In this document: in pieces, positions 10,297 through 19,182 of the stretch | Layout: each line of letters opens with the position of its first letter | Position numbering within the stretch: position 1 is the stretch's first letter | Assembly (NCBI GenBank): GCA_965203555.1 | Contig: CBDBCY010000004.1 | Location: forward strand, 136,961-200,960 | Source of the DNA: Acidimicrobiia bacterium | GTDB taxonomy: Bacteria > Actinomycetota > Acidimicrobiia > Spongiisociales > ZC4RG35 | Length of the DNA stretch: 64,000 nt | Direction of reading: 5' to 3' | Position numbers and translations under genes: made by a program | The notes under the pieces: generated by a model | The model's database searches: none | The model's input: the letters and a program-made list of their open reading frames with translations, nothing else | What the model was told of the DNA's origin: nothing

Positions 10297-11471
10297 TGCT
10301 GATCTGGCTCGGGGCCGCACTGATGGTGATTGCCGCGCTGCTACGGATGGGACTGGGCGCTCTGGCGGGTATGGACAGAGCCGGCGAAGCCCAGGCTGCG
10401 GCGGAAGGCCACTTCAGAGCGGAGCGCCACAACCGCATTCTGAGAGGGGATCGCTGGATGGTCATGGCCGGATGGCGGATGGAAGGCGCCTTCACCATTG
10501 TGGCGGTGGTGCTGCTGACGGCGGGACTCTCTGCCGCCGGTCTCGGCGCGTGGGAAGCCGCGGCATGGGCGGTGGTGTCCATCCTGGCGGTACGAGTGGT
10601 CGCCGGCTGGACGGCTCGCCGGTGGGAGGGGGCGGAGCGAATGAGCGGACTGGTGGAGTTGTCCGCACGTTTCCACGCCCGGTTGTGGAAGCCTCCCTCG
10701 TCCCTTGACGCCGACACTCCCCAGTCCGAGGAGCAGGAAATATCAGAGGAGAAAGAAATGATCTCCTCGGTGTTGGAGTTCTCCGACACCATTGTGCGGG
10801 AAGTGATGGTGCCCCGCACCGACATGGTGACCGTCACGGTGGACGCCGAGTTGGACGAACTGGCGGAAGTCGTCAAAGAATACGGATTCTCCCGATTTCC
10901 GGTATTGGATGGAGGAATAGACCGGGTAGTGGGAATGGCCCTGGCCAAGGATCTCATTTCGATCCTGGTGGAAGGCGGAAACGGCGCCACGGTCAGGGAC
11001 ATTCAACGGACTCCGCTGTATGTGCCGGAAACCAAGGCGGTCTCCGATTTGTTGCGGGAGATGCGCCGCAACGGAGACCACATGGCGGTAGTGATCGATG
11101 AACACGGCGGGACAGCGGGGCTGGTCACCATCGAAGATTTGCTGGAGGAGTTGGTCGGGGAGATCGTGGATGAGCACGACGAGCAGGATGAATGGGTGAG
11201 GGCGAAGGAAGGGGGAGTGTTGCATGTGGACGGACGCTTCCCGGTGGATGACCTGGGTGACTTGTTGGGCGTAAAACTGCCTCAAGAGGAGTGGGACACG
11301 GTGGGTGGGTTGGTGCTTGCCTTGGCCGGCAGGGTCCCGGAAGTGGGAGAAACCCTCTCCACCCACGGCGTGGAATTCGTGGTCAGGGAAGTTCTCGGAC
11401 ATCGGGTGTCGGAGTTGCGGGTCCAGCGCAGTGGCGAGATGTTCGGGGAAGGGATGAGAGCAGTCGGTTAG
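10293..11471 (+). CDS. Hemolysin-like / CorC family membrane protein (DUF21 + CBS pair + CorC_HlyC)
   Basis: 392-aa ORF, N-terminal TM region, CBS-pair region (VREVMVPRTDM...), C-terminal transporter-associated domain; start overlaps ybeY stop. Confidence 0.85.
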   Translation: MMLIWLGAALMVIAALLRMGLGALAGMDRAGEAQAAAEGHFRAERHNRILRGDRWMVMAGWRMEGAFTIVAVVLLTAGLSAAGLGAWEAAAWAVVSILAVRVVAGWTARRWEGAERMSGLVELSARFHARLWKPPSSLDADTPQSEEQEISEEKEMISSVLEFSDTIVREVMVPRTDMVTVTVDAELDELAEVVKEYGFSRFPVLDGGIDRVVGMALAKDLISILVEGGNGATVRDIQRTPLYVPETKAVSDLLREMRRNGDHMAVVIDEHGGTAGLVTIEDLLEELVGEIVDEHDEQDEWVRAKEGGVLHVDGRFPVDDLGDLLGVKLPQEEWDTVGGLVLALAGRVPEVGETLSTHGVEFVVREVLGHRVSELRVQRSGEMFGEGMRAVG

Positions 11472-11500
11472 CCCTTGTTCGCCGGAAACTGTTCAGTATC

Positions 11501-12388
11501 GTGAGATCGGGCTTCGTCTCGGTGGTGGGGCGGCCCAATGTCGGCAAGTCCACCCTGGTGAATTCCTTGGCAGGGCAGAAGGTTGCTATCACCTCTCATC
11601 GCCCCCAGACCACCCGAAACGCCATCCGGGCGGTGGTGACCGATCCCCACAACCAACCTCCCGACTGGCAGATGGTGCTGGTCGACACGCCCGGATTGCA
11701 TAAGCCCCGTAATGAGCTGGGTGAGCGGCTGAACCGGCTGGTGTACGGCGCCCTGGCTGATGCGGATGTGGTGGCCTTCCTGGTGGATGCCCGCCAACCG
11801 GTCGGGCCGGGGGATCGAAGGATCGCTCAACGCTTGGCCCAGGACCGGTCGAAGGTGGTGGTGCTGGTAAACAAGACGGACCGGTTCTCCAAGGAGAAAA
11901 TCGCGGTCCGGCTCATGGAGGTGGCCCGGTGGGACTTCGCCGCTTATGTGCCGATCAGCGCCTTGCGCGGTGACAATCTCCCGGCGGTGGTGGCGGAGAT
12001 CTGCGGCCGGCTGCCCGAAGGGCCGATGTACTTTCCCCCCGGCGCCGTCACCGATCAACCCGATTCATTTTTCGCCTCCGAGGTGATCAGGGAGAAGTTC
12101 CTGGCTGGATTGCACCAGGAACTCCCTCATTCGCTCTTGGTGGCGGTGGAGGATTTCCATGTCCGTGGGGATGGGCTGGTCACCGTCAGCGCCAAGCTGG
12201 TGGTGGAGAGTCCCTCCCAGAAGGGAATAGTCATTGGAAGGGGAGGCGCTCGTCTACGTGAGCACGGCACTGAGGCGCGACGGGAACTTGAGACGTTTTT
12301 CGGCGCCAAAGTGTACCTGGACCTGCGTGTGGTTGTGGAGAAGAAGTGGCAACGGAGGTCGGTGCTTTTGGATCGATTCGGGTTCTGA
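11501..12388 (+). CDS. era: GTPase Era
   Basis: GRPNVGKSTL, DTPG, NKTD motifs and KH C-terminus. ORF track opens at 11291 inside the previous gene; GTG at 11501 (VRSGFVSVVGRPNVGKS) fits the usual Era N-terminus. Confidence 0.9.
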   Translation: MRSGFVSVVGRPNVGKSTLVNSLAGQKVAITSHRPQTTRNAIRAVVTDPHNQPPDWQMVLVDTPGLHKPRNELGERLNRLVYGALADADVVAFLVDARQPVGPGDRRIAQRLAQDRSKVVVLVNKTDRFSKEKIAVRLMEVARWDFAAYVPISALRGDNLPAVVAEICGRLPEGPMYFPPGAVTDQPDSFFASEVIREKFLAGLHQELPHSLLVAVEDFHVRGDGLVTVSAKLVVESPSQKGIVIGRGGARLREHGTEARRELETFFGAKVYLDLRVVVEKKWQRRSVLLDRFGF

Positions 12389-12654
12389 ACTGCTCGTTCG
12401 GGCAGATACGAACCCCCGCTGGCGGCGAGTGTTCGTGCCGCGGAGGGTTCTGTGCCTCTGTTATCTCGGGGTGAAAGCAGGGAAGTATGTCGAGATTTGG
12501 GGAGGGGCTACCTGTGGTTTAGTGCAAGGCGTGGGCCGATGACCCCAATGGTGGGGGTCCTCCACAATTCGGGTGCGTGAGATCGGAGGCCAGGAGCGAG
12601 TATGTGCAGGGAGAGCAAGGCATCCGGACACCGATGGGTTCCCCCTCTTTCCGG

Positions 12655-12888
12655 CTATCGCTTATCGAGATACTCCAAGACCTGTCGGAAACCCCGGTCG
12701 AGTTTCTCGTCCGTGGCCTGACGATTCACGTCTATTTTGACGTTGAGCAGGTGAATGTCGTGTTTCACCTCGGCGAAATCGTGTTTCACTTCGGCGATAT
12801 CCTGTTTCACCTCCGCGATGTCGCGTTTCACCTCGGAGATGTCGTTCCCGATGCGTCTCTGCAGGCTGTTGAGGGCATCGGCGGTCAT
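12655..12888 (-). CDS. Small coiled-coil protein, paralog 1 (77 aa), unknown function
   Basis: ORF MTADALNSLQRRIGNDISEVKRDIAEVKQDIAEVKHDFAEVKHDIHLLNVK...; heptad repeats DIxEVKx; AAGGA 10 nt upstream of the ATG. Strand choice is not certain (see rejected). Confidence 0.5.
   Translation of the reverse strand: MTADALNSLQRRIGNDISEVKRDIAEVKQDIAEVKHDFAEVKHDIHLLNVKIDVNRQATDEKLDRGFRQVLEYLDKR
12760..12843. repeat. 4 x 21-bp in-frame tandem repeat (consensus gtgtttcacctcggcgatatc)
   Basis: Units at 12760, 12781, 12802 and 12823; each encodes one DIAEVKx heptad on the minus strand. Confidence 0.8.
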
Positions 12889-13130
12889 CGAAGCGACGTC
12901 CTTGGCGTCATGCTTCCCGAGTATATCCGGGATCGGCTGTCAATGCCACAGACGCGTCCGCTGCTTGCCTGTGATCTCATCCGGTCCGTCCACCGCGTTC
13001 CAGGATCATCTTCTCTTTGTTCAGCGTCCTTGCTCTGGTAGCGGCCCTCTGTCGGGAGATCGGGAGAGTCGTTTCAATGTAGCAGGGATAGCATGGCAGT
13101 CGGACACCGATGGGTTCCCCCTCTTTCCGG

Positions 13131-13367
13131 CTATCGCTTATCGAGATACTCCAAGACCTGTTGGAAACCCCGGTCGAGTTTCTCGTCCGTGGCCTGACGA
13201 TTCACGTCTATTTTGACGTTGACCAGGTGAATGTCGTGTTTCACTTCGGCGATGTCCTGTTTCACCTCCGCGATGTCGCGTTTCACCTCGGAGATGTCGT
13301 TCCCGATGCGTCTCTCCAGGCTGTTGAGGGCATCGGCAGTCATCGAAGCGATGTCCTTGGCGTCCAT
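13131..13367 (-). CDS. Small coiled-coil protein, paralog 2 (78 aa; 70 aa if started at the conserved internal ATG at 13343)
   Basis: ORF MDAKDIASMTADALNSLERRIGNDISEVKRDIAEVKQDIAEVKHDIHLVNVK...; same family as 12655..12888 but one heptad shorter. Confidence 0.5.
   Translation of the reverse strand: MDAKDIASMTADALNSLERRIGNDISEVKRDIAEVKQDIAEVKHDIHLVNVKIDVNRQATDEKLDRGFQQVLEYLDKR
13236..13298. repeat. 3 x 21-bp in-frame tandem repeat (same family as 12760..12843)
   Basis: Units at 13236, 13257 and 13278. Confidence 0.8.
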
Positions 13368-13595
13368 GCTTCCCGAGTATATCCGGGATCAGCTATCAAG
13401 GCCACAGACGCGTCCGCTGCTTGCCTGTGATCTCATCCGGTCCGTCCACCGCGTTCCAGGATCATCCTCTCTTTGTTCAGCGTCCTTCTTTTGGCAACGG
13501 CTCTCAATAACACAGAAACCAATGGCGCAGACCAAGGCCGTTCGTTTACTGAAGTAGAGCATTTTGCTGTTGTCTGATATCCTTATTGGTGCATT

Positions 13596-16500
13596 ATGAA
13601 AAAAATAATGGCAGCCAACCGGGGGGAGATAGCCGTCCGGATCATGAGGGCCGCGACGGAACTCGGTTTGCGAACTGCAACCATCTACTCGAACGAGGAT
13701 CGCTACAGTCTGCACCGTTTCAAGGCGGACGAAGCTTACGAGATCGGAAGCGACAAGGGGCCGGTGGCGGCCTACCTTGACATCGACGGGATTATCACTC
13801 TGGCCAGGGAGAGAGGGGTGGACGCCATCCATCCCGGTTACGGGTTCCTGTCCGAGAATGCCAGGTTCTCGCGAGCATGTGCGGAGGCCGGCATCACATT
13901 CATCGGCCCGCCACCCGAGTTGCTTGAAGCGCTCGGCGACAAGACCGCGGCGCGGCGACTGGCTGCGCAGGCCGGGGTACCCACCGTCCCCGGCACCGGT
14001 CTGGCGCCCGATGATCCCCGGGAGATTGTCCTCAGTGCGGAATCGGTGGGCTTTCCGCTGATAGTCAAGGCGTCGTTCGGCGGCGGCGGTCGGGGTATGC
14101 GAGTGGTCAACAGTCCCGATGAACTGCTGGGCAGGCTGGAGGAGGCGCGGGGGGAGGCTCAGCGTACTTTCGGGGACGGCTCTGTCTTCCTGGAGCGTTA
14201 CATCGCCCGGGCCCGCCACATCGAAGTGCAGATTCTGGCCGACTCGCACGGCTCGGTGGTCCACCTTTGGGAGCGTGATTGCTCGGTACAGCGGCGCCAT
14301 CAGAAAGTTGTGGAACTGGCGCCGGCGCCGAATCTGGCGGATCAACTCCGCGACGAGATTTGTGCGGCGGCCATCCGGGTTGCCCGGACAACCGGTTACG
14401 TCAATGCCGGCACCGTCGAGTTCCTGGTGGATGCTGATACGGGTGAGTGGTTCTTCATGGAGGTCAACCCGCGAATCCAGGTGGAGCACACCGTTACCGA
14501 GTTGGTGACCGGTGTCGACCTGGTCCGGTCGCAGATTCTGGTGGCGCAGGGATGCCGGCTCCACGAGGCGCCCCTTTCCATCCCTGCGCAGAGCGAAATC
14601 CCTCGTCGGGGAACCGCCATACAGTGCCGCATAACGACCGAGGATCCCAAGAACGAGTTCTCCCCTGACTACGGGCGCCTGCAAACTTACCGCAGCCCGG
14701 GAGGTTTGGGGATCCGACTCGATGGAAATGCCTATACCGGGGCGGTGCTCAGCCCGTTTTACGATTCGCTCCTGGTCAAACTCACCGCGTCGGATACCAA
14801 CCTGCCCGACGCCTGCACCCGGGCCGACCGAGCCTTGCAGGAGTTCCGGGTCCGGGGTGTCGAAACCAACATTCAGTTTCTGCGCAATGTCATCAACCAT
14901 CCCGATTTTCGCAACGGCGTGGTAACCACCCACTTCCTGGAGGAGACGCCCGAACTCTTCGAAATACGACCGCCTCGTGATCGCGCCAACCGGCTGCTGA
15001 GCTATATCGGCGACACCATCCTCAACGGGAATCCCACCGTGGTGGGCAAGGACCATCCGACGAATCTGAATGCCCCTCCCATAGTGCCGGTGGACATGAG
15101 TGCCGAGCCTCCGCCCGGTACCCGGGATCTGCTGCTGGAGATGGGACCGGACAAGTTCGCCGAGTGGGTCTGGGATCAAAAGCGCCTTCTGGTGACCGAC
15201 ACCACTTTCCGTGACGCACATCAGTCGCTTCTGGCAACTCGGGTGCGCACCTACGATTTGTTGGGTACGGCCGGGGCAGTGGCGCGGCGTCTGTCGAACC
15301 TGTTCAGTGTCGAGATGTGGGGCGGCGCGACCTTCGACGCAGCGTTGCGTTTCCTGTACGAGGACCCGTGGGAGCGTTTGCGTCTGATGCGCGAGGCGAT
15401 TCCCAACATCTGTTTCCAGATGCTGCTGCGAGCTTCCAATGCGGTGGGCTACACCAGCTATCCGGACAATGTCGTGCGTGAATTCACCATTGAGGCCGCC
15501 CGGCAGGGGATCGATGTTTTCCGGGTTTTCGACTCCCTGAACGACGTGCGCAACATGGAGGTGGCGATCGAGGCGGTGCGCAGCACTCATGCCGTTTGCG
15601 AGGCCGCCATCTGCTATACGGGCGATCTCCTCGATCCGGATCGCCCCAAATACAGTCTCAACTATTACGTGAACCTTGCCCGCCGTCTACAGGAGATGGG
15701 GGCGCACTTACTGTGCATCAAGGACATGGCGGGGCTGTGCCGTCCTTATGCCGCCGACCAGTTGGTGAGGGTCCTGCGGGAGGAGGTGGGCATTCCGATC
15801 CACTTCCATACCCACGACGCCAGTGGTATCCAGGCGGCGACTCTCATAAAGGGGGGCGAGGCCGGGATAGACATCATAGACGCGGCCGTGGCGGCGGTGT
15901 CGGGTTCCACCAGCCAACCCAACCTGAATACGATGGTCGGTTCGCTGGAAGGTACCGAACGCGACACCGAACTCGACTCGGATGCCTTGGGCGATTGCTC
16001 CCTTTTCTGGGAGACGGTGCGTACCTACTACCAACCCTTCGACAACTCTCCCAAGTCCGGCAGTGCCCGGCTGTACGACCATGAGATCCCCGGCGGGCAG
16101 TTCACCAATTTGCAACAGCAGGCGACCGCGCTGGGCCTGGGTCAACGCTGGCGAGAGGTAGAAGAGATGTACGCGGATGTCAACCAGATGCTGGGGGACA
16201 TTGTGAAGGTCACTCCGTCCAGCAAAGTGGTCGGCGATCTGGCTCTGTTCCTGCTCTCCAAGGGGATGACGTGCGATGAGGTGCGAGGGCTTCCTCCCGA
16301 CCACAACATCGGATTCCCCGAATCGGTGGTTGACATGATGCGAGGGTCGCTCGGTGAGCCTCCCGGCGGTTGGCCCGAGGACATTCGAGAGATACTGCTG
16401 TGCCGCAACCGGCCTATCGAGGGACGGGCGGGCGCCAAACTCCCCAGCGCCGACATCGGTGCGGCCGTAGAGACGGCTACGGAGTTGCTGGGACATCGAG

Positions 16501-17036
16501 CAGGGTGGGCCGACGGCCTGAGCTACCTGCTCTATCCGGTTGAGTTCCAAAAATTCGCCGAGACGCGTCGCAAGTTCGCCGATGTCGGCTTGCTTCCCAC
16601 TCCTGTCTTCTTCTACGGACTGGAAGAAGGAGAAGAGTGTGTGTTCGATATCGAGCCGGGGAAGCGCTTGATCGTAAAGTTCCACACCGTAGGTGAACCG
16701 CAGCCCGACGGAACCCGCACGATCTTCTTCGATCTCAACGGAGCCCCCCGTGAGGTCAGGATTCGGGACCGGTCACTGCAATCCGACCGGCCGGCGGCTC
16801 GCAAGGCCGACAGCGGGAACCCGCAACACATCGGGGCGCCCACCCCGGGGGTTGTTACCGGCGTATTCGTAGCCGTCGGGGATGAGGTGACTGCCAACAC
16901 CAAACTGCTGACGCTGGAAGCGATGAAGATGCAGAGCACCATCTACGCACCGGACGCCGGCCGGGTGAAGGAACTGTTGATTCAGGCTGGTAGCCAGGTC
17001 GAGGCCAAAGACCTGCTGGCGGTTCTGGAGTCTTGA
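13596..17036 (+). CDS. pyc: Pyruvate carboxylase
   Basis: 1146-aa ORF: biotin carboxylase N-terminus, carboxyltransferase TIM-barrel domain, C-terminal biotinyl domain with EAMKMQ. Confidence 0.95.
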   Translation: MKKIMAANRGEIAVRIMRAATELGLRTATIYSNEDRYSLHRFKADEAYEIGSDKGPVAAYLDIDGIITLARERGVDAIHPGYGFLSENARFSRACAEAGITFIGPPPELLEALGDKTAARRLAAQAGVPTVPGTGLAPDDPREIVLSAESVGFPLIVKASFGGGGRGMRVVNSPDELLGRLEEARGEAQRTFGDGSVFLERYIARARHIEVQILADSHGSVVHLWERDCSVQRRHQKVVELAPAPNLADQLRDEICAAAIRVARTTGYVNAGTVEFLVDADTGEWFFMEVNPRIQVEHTVTELVTGVDLVRSQILVAQGCRLHEAPLSIPAQSEIPRRGTAIQCRITTEDPKNEFSPDYGRLQTYRSPGGLGIRLDGNAYTGAVLSPFYDSLLVKLTASDTNLPDACTRADRALQEFRVRGVETNIQFLRNVINHPDFRNGVVTTHFLEETPELFEIRPPRDRANRLLSYIGDTILNGNPTVVGKDHPTNLNAPPIVPVDMSAEPPPGTRDLLLEMGPDKFAEWVWDQKRLLVTDTTFRDAHQSLLATRVRTYDLLGTAGAVARRLSNLFSVEMWGGATFDAALRFLYEDPWERLRLMREAIPNICFQMLLRASNAVGYTSYPDNVVREFTIEAARQGIDVFRVFDSLNDVRNMEVAIEAVRSTHAVCEAAICYTGDLLDPDRPKYSLNYYVNLARRLQEMGAHLLCIKDMAGLCRPYAADQLVRVLREEVGIPIHFHTHDASGIQAATLIKGGEAGIDIIDAAVAAVSGSTSQPNLNTMVGSLEGTERDTELDSDALGDCSLFWETVRTYYQPFDNSPKSGSARLYDHEIPGGQFTNLQQQATALGLGQRWREVEEMYADVNQMLGDIVKVTPSSKVVGDLALFLLSKGMTCDEVRGLPPDHNIGFPESVVDMMRGSLGEPPGGWPEDIREILLCRNRPIEGRAGAKLPSADIGAAVETATELLGHRAGWADGLSYLLYPVEFQKFAETRRKFADVGLLPTPVFFYGLEEGEECVFDIEPGKRLIVKFHTVGEPQPDGTRTIFFDLNGAPREVRIRDRSLQSDRPAARKADSGNPQHIGAPTPGVVTGVFVAVGDEVTANTKLLTLEAMKMQSTIYAPDAGRVKELLIQAGSQVEAKDLLAVLES

Positions 17037-17050
17037 TTCATCTCTTCCTC

Positions 17051-17072
17051 GGATCCCTCTCCCGCGGGATCC
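17051..17072 (+). terminator. Possible terminator hairpin after pyc (no U tract)
   Basis: GGATCCC (17051..17057) - 8-nt loop - GGGATCC (17066..17072), 15 nt after the pyc stop. Confidence 0.3.
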
Positions 17073-17161
17073 AAGGACAAAGCGATCCGGGTTGAGCGCC
17101 CGTCGACCCAACGGTGTAGTCTGCTTGATGGCCGAGATTCAAGATGAGGTTGGGTTAGAAA

Positions 17162-18364
17162 ATGCCGAAGAAAATCACGATGACCGATCAGGGACTGATC
17201 ACTCCCGATCGACCCATTATTCCGTTCATCGAGGGAGACGGGATAGGACCGGATGTGTGGAGGGCGGCGCGGCGGGTGATCGACCAAGCGGTCGAGAAGG
17301 CTTACGGCGGGGCTCGCCGCATCGAATGGGTGGAGGTGCTGGCCGGCGAGAAGGCCCACGAACAGACCGGGTCCTGGCTACCGGAGGAGACTATCGAGTC
17401 TATTCGCGAGCACATCGTGGCGATCAAGGGCCCTCTCACCACCCCGGTGGGGGGAGGGATACGCAGCATCAATGTCGCTATGCGTCAGATTCTTGACCTG
17501 TATGCCTGTGTCCGTCCCGTGCGGTGGCTGAAGGGAGTTCCCTCTCCGGCTCTGCGCCCGGAGTTGGTGAATATGGTGATCTTCCGAGAGAACACCGAAG
17601 ATGTCTATGCCGGGATGGAAGTGGAAGCCAAGAGTCCCGAAGCAGCTCGCCTGATCTCCCACATGGAAACCGAGTTCGGTTGGGAGATCCGACCGGACTC
17701 GGGCATCGGGATCAAACCGGTGTCGGAGACCGGGACCAAACGTCTGGTGAGGGCGGCCCTGAATTTCGCCATAGGCTTCGGTCGCCGATCGGTGACTCTG
17801 GTGCACAAGGGAAACATCATGAAGTACACCGAAGGCGCCTTCCGCGAATGGGGATACGAGCTGGTGCGGGAGGAATTCTCGGATCGGGCAGTCGGTTGGG
17901 AGGACAGCGGGGGTGACCCGGGCGACCGGCTGCTGGTTCAGGACGTGATCGCCGATGCCTTCTTGCAGAAGATTCTCACCCGACCCGCCGAATTCGATGT
18001 GATCGCCACCCTGAACCTCAATGGCGACTACATTTCCGACGCTCTGGCAGCCCAGGTGGGAGGGATCGGCATGGCGCCGGGGGGAAACGTGAATTTCGAA
18101 GACGGGTACGCTCTCTTCGAGGCCACCCACGGGACCGCTCCCAAGTATGCCGGGCTCGACAAGGTCAACCCGGGGTCACTGATGCTGTCGGGTGAACTGA
18201 TGCTCTTCTACATGGGTTGGAGGGAGGCGGCCAGAATGATCTCGAGGGGGATGGAAAGATCCATCATGGAAAAGATCGTCACCTACGACCTGGCCCGACT
18301 CACCGAAGGGGCCAACGAGGTGTCTACATCCGGATTCGCCACTGCCGTCATCGAAAGGATGTAG
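17162..18364 (+). CDS. icd: Isocitrate dehydrogenase (NADP-dependent, homodimeric type)
   Basis: 400-aa ORF with [25 protein letters not shown] signature region. Confidence 0.95.
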   Translation: MPKKITMTDQGLITPDRPIIPFIEGDGIGPDVWRAARRVIDQAVEKAYGGARRIEWVEVLAGEKAHEQTGSWLPEETIESIREHIVAIKGPLTTPVGGGIRSINVAMRQILDLYACVRPVRWLKGVPSPALRPELVNMVIFRENTEDVYAGMEVEAKSPEAARLISHMETEFGWEIRPDSGIGIKPVSETGTKRLVRAALNFAIGFGRRSVTLVHKGNIMKYTEGAFREWGYELVREEFSDRAVGWEDSGGDPGDRLLVQDVIADAFLQKILTRPAEFDVIATLNLNGDYISDALAAQVGGIGMAPGGNVNFEDGYALFEATHGTAPKYAGLDKVNPGSLMLSGELMLFYMGWREAARMISRGMERSIMEKIVTYDLARLTEGANEVSTSGFATAVIERM

Positions 18365-18462
18365 TCCGTCCGCCAGGCCTGTGCTTTGCGAGGCGAGTTG
18401 CTGTGTGAGTGCAGAGCCGACTCTCGGTCTATTTCGCCGACTTGTGGAACAGCGTCTGGCAC

Positions 18463-18486
18463 AACTGTACGTTTAATATACGTTTA
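18463..18486 (+). promoter_or_regulatory. Candidate -10 box (TAATAT, 18474..18479) flanked by direct repeats ACGTTTA (18469..18475 and 18480..18486)
   Basis: The -10-like hexamer ends 7 nt before GTG 18487, which is the geometry of a leaderless transcript. The 7-nt direct repeats are 11 nt apart and could be an operator. Confidence 0.3.
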
Positions 18487-18495
18487 GTGAGATAA

Positions 18496-18696
18496 CTGAC
18501 GATTACGATCGCCGACGACGTCTACGAAGGTCTCTACCAGCGGATCGGTCCCAGAAAATTAAGCCGGTTTCTGGAGGGCCTTGCCCGACCTCATGTGGTG
18601 GGCGGCGACCTGGTGGTCGCATACCGGGAGATGGCAATTGACGAGACCCGGGAGCGTGAAGCCTTGGAATGGTCGGAGGGACTGATCGGCGAGTAG
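18496..18696 (+). CDS. MazE-like / RHH-type antitoxin, start unresolved (no canonical start codon in the open frame)
   Basis: Open frame ..TITIADDVYEGLYQRIGPRKLSRFLEGLARPHVVGGDLVVAYREMAIDETREREALEWSEGLIGE ends 3 nt before mazF. In-frame upstream sequence reads GTG AGA TAA (18487..18495). Confidence 0.55.
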   Translation: MTITIADDVYEGLYQRIGPRKLSRFLEGLARPHVVGGDLVVAYREMAIDETREREALEWSEGLIGE

Positions 18697-18699
18697 CCG

Positions 18700-19020
18700 A
18701 TGCTCCGCGGTGATGTCTGGTGGCTAGCCTTCGACTCTGCCGTCGGGGGTGCGATCCGCAAGACGAGCCCGGCCGTCGTGGTCAGCAATGACGCCGCCAA
18801 TCGGGTACTAAACCGGGTTCAGGTCGTGGCCCTGACGTCGAATGTAGGGAGACTCTATCCCAGGGAGGCATATGTCGAGGTCTCGGGCAAGCAACACAAG
18901 GTCATGGCAGATCAGATCGCGACCGCGGCGAAAGGTCGACTGCGTCGCAGGATCGGCCGGATCTCGGATGCCGACCTGTCCGGGATGGAACGAGCTATCC
19001 GGATACAACTCGGCCTGTAA
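18700..19020 (+). CDS. mazF: MazF/PemK family endoribonuclease toxin
   Basis: 106-aa [38 protein letters not shown]...[12 protein letters not shown], typical PemK/MazF pattern. Confidence 0.85.
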   Translation: MLRGDVWWLAFDSAVGGAIRKTSPAVVVSNDAANRVLNRVQVVALTSNVGRLYPREAYVEVSGKQHKVMADQIATAAKGRLRRRIGRISDADLSGMERAIRIQLGL

Positions 19021-19182
19021 AACTCGAGGGTGGCCGCCGTGCACCGTCACATTTCCAAGGAGAGGTAGTCATCTGCGTTGCCCGCGGTCATGCGCTATCG
19101 ATGACATCCGCCGGGTCGGTGCGGCCGGATTTCGCAAGCCGAGACCGAGTATTCTTGCACTACAAATCCAGAACTATTCGAC

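Larger units (their letters stand above)
12600..13520. repeat. Tandem duplication, unit about 476 bp, about 1.9 copies (12600..13075 and 13076..about 13520)
   Basis: Long near-identical stretches, e.g. cggacaccgatgggttccccctctttccggctatcgcttatcgagatactccaagacctg at 12625 and 13101; ccacagacgcgtccgctgcttgcctgtgatctcatccggtccgtccaccgcgttccaggatcatc in both units. Confidence 0.85.

Noticed and set aside
12577-13430. Plus-strand reading of the tandem repeat (ORFs 12577..13041 and 13110..13430, MGSPSFRLSLIEILQDL...VFHLGDVV...).
   Set aside because: The 1-nt indel between the units gives the two plus-strand ORFs unrelated C-termini, and there is no SD before their ATG. The minus-strand reading gives a clean heptad coiled coil with a conserved start and SD in both units. 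Substitution patterns (2 synonymous in either frame) do not settle it, so the strand call stays at 0.5.
18455-18470. TGGCAC upstream of the mazE-like gene as a sigma-54 -24 element.
   Set aside because: There is no TTGC or GC -12 element at the required spacing, and sigma-54 is generally absent from high-GC Gram-positives.
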